From a virus, in the IMG/VR virus record IMGVR_UViG_3300035696_000013, positions 1-64,000 of that record: a stretch of DNA of 64,000 bases; one strand, written 5' to 3'. Every line of letters begins with the position of its first letter. Positions within the stretch are counted from its first letter, which is position 1. The notes beneath the pieces were generated by a model. That model had not been told where the DNA came from. It saw nothing but the letters and a program-made list of their open reading frames with translations, and searched no databases. Shown piece after piece: positions 52,832-57,714 of this stretch. The position numbers and the translations under genes are program-made.

Positions 52832-53110
52832 TCAAGTTCCTAATTGCTGTGGCATTAGCGGCCAAGGCTCGATGGAATACCCAAGCGATGACAACCTGCT
52901 CCTAGTACGGCTACTATATCGCTAGAAGGTCGGAAGAGGGTCAGTAATTAGGATTCAAGTTTAGCAGCTGGATATTATGAGCAGCACCGGGTGGATAAAA
53001 TCAGAAGGCTGAACGCCGAGACTGGACCATCTGAAGCCGAAAGCTAGGTTGCTAAATTGATTTTTTCGCTTGTTTACCCGAAATTGGGAAATACGGAGTA
53101 TAATAGCAAT

Positions 53111-53215
53111 ATGAAGAACGCAGCACAAGTAGAACGAGATTGTAACGGAGCCACTGAACCTGGCGTCGCAGACGCGGGGACGGTGTCCTCGGACGTAATT
53201 GTGGAGGGCGGTTAG
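53111..53215 (+). CDS. Putative attenuator leader peptide (34 aa, GNN-codon rich)
   Basis: MKNAAQVERDCNGATEPGVADAGTVSSDVIVEGG*. TATAAT at 53099-53104 lies 6 nt before the ATG; 21 of 34 codons are GNN; the ORF overlaps the antiterminator strand. Confidence 0.65.
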   Translation: MKNAAQVERDCNGATEPGVADAGTVSSDVIVEGG

Positions 53216-53251
53216 CAACCGATTCAAACCACAAGATCGACCGAGGACGCC
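53182..53251 (+). promoter_or_regulatory. Antiterminator hairpin
   Basis: GGTGTCCTCGG (53182-53192) pairs with CCGAGGACGCC (53241-53251), with inner pairs TTGTGG/CCACAA and CGGTT/AACCG; it overlaps the terminator 5' arm. Confidence 0.7.
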
Positions 53252-53278
53252 CATTAAACCGGGCGTCCTTTTTGTTTT
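53244..53278 (+). terminator. Rho-independent terminator of the attenuator
   Basis: AGGACGCCC/GGGCGTCCT 9-bp stem followed by TTTTGTTTT. Confidence 0.85.
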
Positions 53279-53294
53279 ATAGTATTGTTTTACT

Positions 53295-53699
53295 ATGGGT
53301 CATGTGGAAAAATTTAATGAAAAAGAAAAGTGGTGTCCAAAGTGTGAGAAATGGATATTACTCAATGATTTCTATACGGATACTGATAGAAAAAGTGGAC
53401 GACGAACATATTGCAAGCTTTGCGAACGCTTAAAGAAAGCAGAATATGGTACAAATTCTCGAGATAAACTTTTAAATCCTGAAGAAATCAAAGTTCTTTG
53501 GGAAAATCAAGATCGTAAATGTGCCATATGTCGTAAAGAGATTGATTATTTAAGTGGTCATTTAGATCACGATCATGCAACAGGTCAAGCACGTGGGCTG
53601 CTTTGTAAGTGGTGTAATCTTGGATTAGGATGGTTTAAAGACAATTCTGAACTCTTAAAAGCAGCCATAGATTACTTGAAAAGATTTTCGCGCTGTTAG
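53295..53699 (+). CDS. Endonuclease VII-type HNH (free-standing homing) endonuclease
   Basis: 'CPKC...CKLC', 'CAIC...HLDHDHATGQARGLLCKWCNLGLGWFKDN'. Confidence 0.85.
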   Translation: MGHVEKFNEKEKWCPKCEKWILLNDFYTDTDRKSGRRTYCKLCERLKKAEYGTNSRDKLLNPEEIKVLWENQDRKCAICRKEIDYLSGHLDHDHATGQARGLLCKWCNLGLGWFKDNSELLKAAIDYLKRFSRC

Positions 53700-53765
53700 C
53701 TTAGTGGCAAAAGCATCTGCTTTACACGCAGGGGAACGGAGGTTCGAGTCCTCCACGGCGCACCA
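53690..53765 (+). tRNA. tRNA-Val(TAC)
   Basis: Cloverleaf GCGCTGT/ACGGCGC, loop TT-TAC-AC, encoded CCA. Confidence 0.92.
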
Positions 53766-53770
53766 AGATT

Positions 53771-53871
53771 GTTAGCAGCTGTAGAACTTAGTTTAACTGG
53801 CTAGAACTCCGGCCTTGGCCGGAGGCGGGAGGTTCGAGTCCTTCCAGTTCATTACATGTACCGCTGCTGAC
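53771..53871 (+). ncRNA. tRNA-like RNA with CUUG-capped anticodon stem and extended closing stem
   Basis: GTTAGCAGC/GCTGCTGAC outer stem, GAACT/AGTTC, D arm, TCCGGC-CTTG-GCCGGA, T arm GGAGG-TTCGAGT-CCTTC. Confidence 0.55.
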
Positions 53872-53937
53872 AGACAGGAGAGGCGGGTCTGATTCCGAGT
53901 CATGTCCGGGATATGACCCGCGCTCCCAAAAAGATTT

Positions 53938-54012
53938 GCGGCTTTCGTATAGTGGCTCGTATGTAGCCTTGCCAAGGCTGAGGCGCGGGTTCGATTCCCG
54001 CAAGCCGCTCCA
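53938..54012 (+). tRNA. tRNA-Gly(GCC)
   Basis: GCGGCTT/AAGCCGC, loop TT-GCC-AA, U73, CCA. Confidence 0.92.
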
Positions 54013-54031
54013 AGAGAGATTTAGATTTTTA

Positions 54032-54106
54032 GGTGACGTAGCATAATGGGAGTGCGCTTCCCCGTCACGGAAGAGTGTGGGGGTTCGAGTCCCCTCGTCA
54101 TCGCCA
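54032..54106 (+). tRNA. tRNA-Asp(GTC), C33 variant
   Basis: GGTGACG/CGTCATC, loop CC-GTC-AC, G73, CCA. Confidence 0.88.
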
Positions 54107-54113
54107 AGTTTAG

Positions 54114-54192
54114 GGTCTCATAGAGGAGTCCGGCTGTCCTCGTTTCCCTGTCACGGAAAAGATCGCGGGTTCAAATCCCGCTGGGACCGCCA
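54114..54192 (+). tRNA. tRNA-Asp(GTC)
   Basis: GGTCTCA/TGGGACC, loop CT-GTC-AC, G73, CCA. Confidence 0.92.
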
Positions 54193-54232
54193 AATTTAGA
54201 CCGGGCATTTATACTAGACCGCCCAATAATGT

Positions 54233-54255
54233 GGCCGTCTTCGGACGGCCTTTTT
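54233..54255 (+). terminator. Rho-independent terminator inside the tRNA array
   Basis: GGCCGTC-TTCG-GACGGCC followed by TTTTT. Confidence 0.8.
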
Positions 54256-54270
54256 ATCTAGAAAGTTTTT

Positions 54271-54347
54271 GGACTGGTAGCCAAGACGGTAAGGTGATCG
54301 CCTGCAAAGCGATTAATGCGTGAGTTCGATTCTCACCCAGTCCTCCA
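54271..54347 (+). tRNA. tRNA-Cys(GCA)
   Basis: GGACTGG/CCAGTCC, loop CT-GCA-AA, U73, CCA. Confidence 0.9.
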
Positions 54348-54353
54348 GAGTTT

Positions 54354-54427
54354 GGGGTTATAGTTCAGTGGGAGAACAGATGCATGGCATGCATCAGACC
54401 GGGGTTCGAATCCCCGTAGCTCCACCA
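54354..54427 (+). tRNA. tRNA-Ala(GGC)
   Basis: GGGGTTA/TAGCTCC with G3-U70, loop AT-GGC-AT, CCA. Confidence 0.92.
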
Positions 54428-54434
54428 AGTTTGT

Positions 54435-54508
54435 GGGGTCATCGTTCAACGGGAGGATGATTGGTTTGCACCCAGTAGATAGGGGTTCGATTCCCCTTGG
54501 CTCCACCA
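54435..54508 (+). tRNA. tRNA-Ala(TGC)
   Basis: GGGGTCA/TGGCTCC with G3-U70, loop TT-TGC-AC, CCA. Confidence 0.92.
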
Positions 54509-54514
54509 AAAGTT

Positions 54515-54875
54515 TACACAAGGCCGGACGATCGCGTAGTCTGTACGATGCGAGGAAAGTCAGGACAACACAGAGCAACGTGCCGGAGAAAGACCGGGCA
54601 TCCAGCAATGGATGACAGCTAGCGCAACAGAAAATAAACCGCCATGGTAATCCGTAAGGATTGCTGATGGTAAGGGTGAAAAGGCGGTGTAAGAGACCAC
54701 CGGGTCGTCAGTAATGACGGTCGCATGGCAAGCCTCACGTGTTGCAACTCTAAATAGGCAGAGAGAACCTGCTCGGTTCGTTATAATCTGCGGGTTAGGG
54801 GCTAGAGCCATCCGGTAACGGCTGGCCAAGATGAATGATCGTCCTTGACAAAATCCTGCTTACAGGTCTTGTGTA
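54515..54875 (+). ncRNA. rnpB: Bacterial-type RNase P RNA
   Basis: P1 TACACAAGGCC/GGTCTTGTGTA; CR-I GAGGAAAGTCAGGAC; AGCGCAACAGAAA; GGGTGAAAAGGCGGTGTAAGAGACCACC; CR-V ACAAAATCCTGCTTA, with compensatory P4 pairing (CAGG/CCTG). Confidence 0.92.
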
Positions 54876-54882
54876 CTAGAAT

Positions 54883-55010
54883 TTGCCGTGGTGAGAGTTG
54901 ACGGTTACTTCTCTTATAAAGAAGAGATGCGTGGTTCGAATCCCGCTACCCTCCGGGGTATAGTTCAATGGCAGAACGCTAAAAACACTGTTAACGTTTG
55001 TTCCCGGCAA
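54883..55010 (+). ncRNA. yrlA: YrlA-type Y RNA (permuted tRNA mimic)
   Basis: Terminal stem TTGCCG/CGGCAA and GTTGACGG/CTGTTAAC; T arm GGTTCGAATCC, loop-closed acceptor TACCC-TCCG-GGGTA, then D arm TAGTTCAATGGCAGAAC, in YrlA order. Confidence 0.8.
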
Positions 55011-55014
55011 TAAT

Positions 55015-55088
55015 GCGGGGTTGGCATATTGGCAGTGCGCCAGCCTTCCAAGCTGGATAAGCGCGTTCGATTCGCGTACCCCGCTCCA
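55015..55088 (+). tRNA. tRNA-Gly(TCC) copy 1
   Basis: GCGGGGT/ACCCCGC, loop CT-TCC-AA, CCA. Confidence 0.9.
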
Positions 55089-55162
55089 AGTTTATGCTTT
55101 TGCTCGTGTAGTTTAAGGGAAGAACGCTAAAAACACTGTTAACGTTTGTTCCCGGCAATAAT

Positions 55163-55236
55163 GCGGGGTTGGCATATTGGCAGTGCGCCAGCCTTCCAAG
55201 CTGGATAAGCGCGTTCGATTCGCGTACCCCGCTCCA
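55163..55236 (+). tRNA. tRNA-Gly(TCC) copy 2
   Basis: Identical copy within the tandem duplication. Confidence 0.85.
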
Positions 55237-55248
55237 AGTTTATGCTTT

Positions 55249-55352
55249 TGCTCGTGTAGTTTAAGGGAAGAACGCCGGAAGACCGAGACACCTACAAGGT
55301 GGAGTAGGCATTCAAATGTCGGGATGTTGGCTTCGAGTTCCAACCACGAGCA
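55249..55352 (+). ncRNA. tRNA-like RNA with anticodon arm replaced by three small hairpins
   Basis: TGCTCGTG/CACGAGCA, D arm GTTT-AAGGGAA-GAAC, T arm GTTGG/CCAAC; insert CGG/CCG, CACCT/AGGTG, GCATT/AATGT. Confidence 0.55.
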
Positions 55353-55361
55353 TTTAAGTTT

Positions 55362-55434
55362 GCACTGGTAGTTCAGTGGCAAGAATATCCGCTTCACATG
55401 CGGAAGACCGCTGGTTCGAATCCAGCCCAGTGTA
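55362..55434 (+). tRNA. tRNA-Val(CAC), no encoded CCA
   Basis: GCACTGG/CCAGTGT, loop TT-CAC-AT; 1 nt from the next tRNA. Confidence 0.88.
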
Positions 55435-55435
55435 C

Positions 55436-55511
55436 GCACTGTTAGATTAGTGGCTAAATCATTCGCTCGACACGCGAAAGAACATAGGTTCAACTCCTAT
55501 ACAGTGCACCA
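55436..55511 (+). tRNA. tRNA-Val(GAC), C33 variant
   Basis: GCACTGT/ACAGTGC, loop TC-GAC-AC, CCA. Confidence 0.88.
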
Positions 55512-55518
55512 AGATTAA

Positions 55519-55594
55519 GGGTCTATAGCTCAATTGGGAGAGCGTTCCCTTCGCATGGGAGAGGTTGTGAGTTCAAATCTCATTAGATCCACCA
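55519..55594 (+). tRNA. tRNA-Ala(CGC)
   Basis: GGGTCTA/TAGATCC with G3-U70, loop TT-CGC-AT, CCA. Confidence 0.92.
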
Positions 55595-55601
55595 AGTTTA
55601 T

Positions 55602-55674
55602 GGGCGGGTTGCATCTGGTAGAAAGGACATGCCTTTCTTTGCGATGCGTAAAATCCTAGGTCTCCTGTCCACCA
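55602..55674 (+). ncRNA. Non-cloverleaf RNA with Ala-type acceptor stem and CCA
   Basis: GGGCGGG/CCTGTCC-ACCA (G3-U70, A73); the body is a GCATC/GATGC plus AGAAAGG/CCTTTCT rod with no canonical D or T arm. Confidence 0.5.
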
Positions 55675-55679
55675 AGTTT

Positions 55680-55832
55680 GGGCTTGTCGTGGTGAACTAG
55701 CATGCCGAAAGCCGATAGCTGAGGTCAGCACATTAGGCCAATGTTGCCTCTGCTCAGCATGAACAGCCGCAAGGCACGTTCTTCAGGAAGGCCGAGATGC
55801 ATAGTAGGGGTTCGATTCCCCTCAAGTCCACC
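55680..55832 (+). ncRNA. Miniature tmRNA-like RNA
   Basis: GGGCTTG/CAAGTCC-A (G3-U70), stemless D loop, ATGC/GCAT connector, T arm AGGGG-TTCGATT-CCCCT; only about 150 nt long. Confidence 0.55.
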
Positions 55833-55838
55833 TAGTTT

Positions 55839-55913
55839 GGCACGTTCGTCTACTGGCTAGGACGCTGGCCCTTCAAGCCGGAAAAGCGGGATCGATACCC
55901 GCACGTGCTACCA
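55839..55913 (+). tRNA. tRNA-Glu(TTC), C33 variant
   Basis: GGCACGT/ACGTGCT, loop CC-TTC-AA, atypical T loop ATCGATA, CCA. Confidence 0.85.
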
Positions 55914-55918
55914 AATTT

Positions 55919-55992
55919 GGCCCTGTCGTTTATTGGTAGGACATCACTCTCTCAAGGTGGAGGAGACGGTTCGATTCCGTTCAGGGCTACCA
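55919..55992 (+). tRNA. tRNA-Glu(CTC)
   Basis: GGCCCTG/CAGGGCT, loop CT-CTC-AA, CCA. Confidence 0.9.
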
Positions 55993-56022
55993 AATCTTAA
56001 ATCTTACAGTATTAAATTCATT

Positions 56023-56274
56023 ATGGCAAAGAAACTTACTGAGAATAAAGAACGACCTGAACTCACTGATGTTGGCGAAAGATGGAATCGACAGCTTTTT
56101 GAACGTAGCGAAGTTACTTCCCTGTTAACTTGGCTCGTAATTCATTTTCAGGAATGCAAGTGTAAGGGAATTGTTATTGCTCAATCTTCTGCTAGTGGTA
56201 TAGGTACGAATACAGTAATTCGTTGCACCACTTGTAACAAGAGTAAAGATATAACAGATTACACGCTTTGGTAA
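56023..56274 (+). CDS. Small Cys-containing hypothetical protein
   Basis: Start moved to ATG 56023 because the upstream frame overlaps a tRNA; 'SGIGTNTVIRCTTCNKSKDITDY..W'. Confidence 0.6.
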   Translation: MAKKLTENKERPELTDVGERWNRQLFERSEVTSLLTWLVIHFQECKCKGIVIAQSSASGIGTNTVIRCTTCNKSKDITDYTLW

Positions 56275-56275
56275 A

Positions 56276-56896
56276 ATGATAGATCCATACGACTTGAGCC
56301 ATCCTTGGGATCGCAATCGATTAGAAGAGTGGATATTGTTTGGTATTTGTGTTGCCAACAAACCTGCTGATCCAACCGCTGTAAAAGTTGACGCTGTTTT
56401 AAATACTCTTCGTGAAGAAATAGTCAATGTCTGTAGTTTCTTTCCGGAATGCGAAACTCCTCCCACTCCTTTTGAACTTGTTGGAATGGCTGCTGAATCA
56501 AACATGTTGAGAAAAATCCTTAAAAAGCATAAGGTCGGTCAATATACAAGAATAGAAAGAGCATTTCGAGAAGTTGTTGAAAAAATCAAAGATCCATTGA
56601 ATACAACTGTAGAAGAATTAGAAACTGTTCACGGAATAGGTCCTAAAACAGCACGGATGATAATGCTCTATTACAAACCTGAGACGGCTTGTGTTCCATT
56701 GGATACTCATGTTCTCAAGTGGCTCAGAGCACAGGGTTATGATGCTCCAAAAGGAACTCCTAGCGGAAAGAAATATCTTGAGTTAGAAAATATCTTCATT
56801 CTTGAAGCTTACAAGCGGGGCATGTCGGTAAAAGATCTGGATAGTCAAGTTTGGGCTTACTACGCTCTTCCTCAGAAACAATCTAAACCTAAATAG
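56276..56896 (+). CDS. HhH-GPD superfamily DNA glycosylase-like protein
   Basis: HhH 'LETVHGIGPKTARM' and 'VPLDTHVLKWL'; no FeS cluster motif. Confidence 0.75.
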   Translation: MIDPYDLSHPWDRNRLEEWILFGICVANKPADPTAVKVDAVLNTLREEIVNVCSFFPECETPPTPFELVGMAAESNMLRKILKKHKVGQYTRIERAFREVVEKIKDPLNTTVEELETVHGIGPKTARMIMLYYKPETACVPLDTHVLKWLRAQGYDAPKGTPSGKKYLELENIFILEAYKRGMSVKDLDSQVWAYYALPQKQSKPK

Positions 56897-57099
56897 GGAA
56901 GGCCGGAATGGTTCTCCCGGCCTTCAGGTATCTCAAGGAATAACGATCGCGGTCGTCTATTCACGGTGAGACTTTGTCACCACAAGAGTGGCGACTTATA
57001 CATTTACCAAAGCACCTCTATAGGCACCCCCGATGAAGTGTCATCATGTAAATGGGGTCTACAGCTAAAAAGTCACTTCTCAAAATCATATAGAGGCTC

Positions 57100-57714
57100 G
57101 TGATGCTCCTTCGAACGCCAACTTGCAGTCTTCTTAAACGACAAGATTCCACTTGGTCCCGAGAAGCCAGTGATCTTGGTAAAATTTACACAGACATTCG
57201 TCAAATTTGGAAATCTGCTTCTTCTGTAAAACAACGATATGCAGCTGTAAAACCACGATTGGAAGAGTTAATTTTGACCGCACGAGAGATTTCTAATCAG
57301 CGAATAGGGTCTGCAGATTTATACAAATCGACTGAACGAGCTGGATATGCTGCTCAATCGGCTGAAGAATACGCCATAGCGGGGCAGTATCCCGAAGCTC
57401 TTGAGCGTCAAGCTTCTGCTTTGACTCAGATCTACAATATGCTAGCTTCTTTAGCAGAAGAAAACAATCGGCATACGGCCAGTTTTCTTGTAAAAAAGGG
57501 CTACGGATACGATGTTAGTGGGGAAGTTCAAGAAGGGGTTGGAACGAACGCAGATCAGACTAATCTATGGGATAAGGGCGGTCCTACACCTGACGCAGAT
57601 AAGACTTCTAGACCTATGCAGAATATTACTGTAGATACAGATGCTGAGACCGAATTTCCTGATCTTGCTGAAAAGAAACATAAGAGAGTTCATTTTCCAC
57701 CGAGGACTGATTAA
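57100..57714 (+). CDS. Hypothetical protein
   Basis: 204 aa, TAATG-coupled to the tailspike gene. Confidence 0.55.
   Translation: MMLLRTPTCSLLKRQDSTWSREASDLGKIYTDIRQIWKSASSVKQRYAAVKPRLEELILTAREISNQRIGSADLYKSTERAGYAAQSAEEYAIAGQYPEALERQASALTQIYNMLASLAEENNRHTASFLVKKGYGYDVSGEVQEGVGTNADQTNLWDKGGPTPDADKTSRPMQNITVDTDAETEFPDLAEKKHKRVHFPPRTD

Larger units (their letters stand above)
54973..55275 (+). repeat. 148-bp perfect tandem duplication
   Basis: 54973-55120 is repeated at 55121-55268, bounded by AGAACGC microhomology (third copy at 55269-55275). Confidence 0.9.

Noticed and set aside
52276-53055. SRP RNA, 6S RNA or hammerhead ribozyme assignment for the unknown modules
   Set aside because: The SRP domain-IV motif and a complete hammerhead core were not found, and a 6S-like rod cannot be confirmed by eye.
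53111-53278. T-box riboswitch as the explanation for the terminator/antiterminator
   Set aside because: No T-box UGGNACC bulge or Stem I signature is visible, and an open leader ORF overlaps the antiterminator, which fits ribosome-mediated attenuation better.
53281-53699. Group I intron housing the HNH gene
   Set aside because: No interrupted host gene or P7 core is visible; the gene appears free-standing.
54973-55275. CRISPR array
   Set aside because: There are only two long identical units with no spacers, and no cas genes.
51795-55493. ORF-track ORFs across the RNA island (e.g. 51923..52201, 52961..53254, 54333..54608, 55113..55493)
   Set aside because: They overlap tRNAs, RNase P RNA and GC-rich stems, are mostly antisense, and have no protein motifs.
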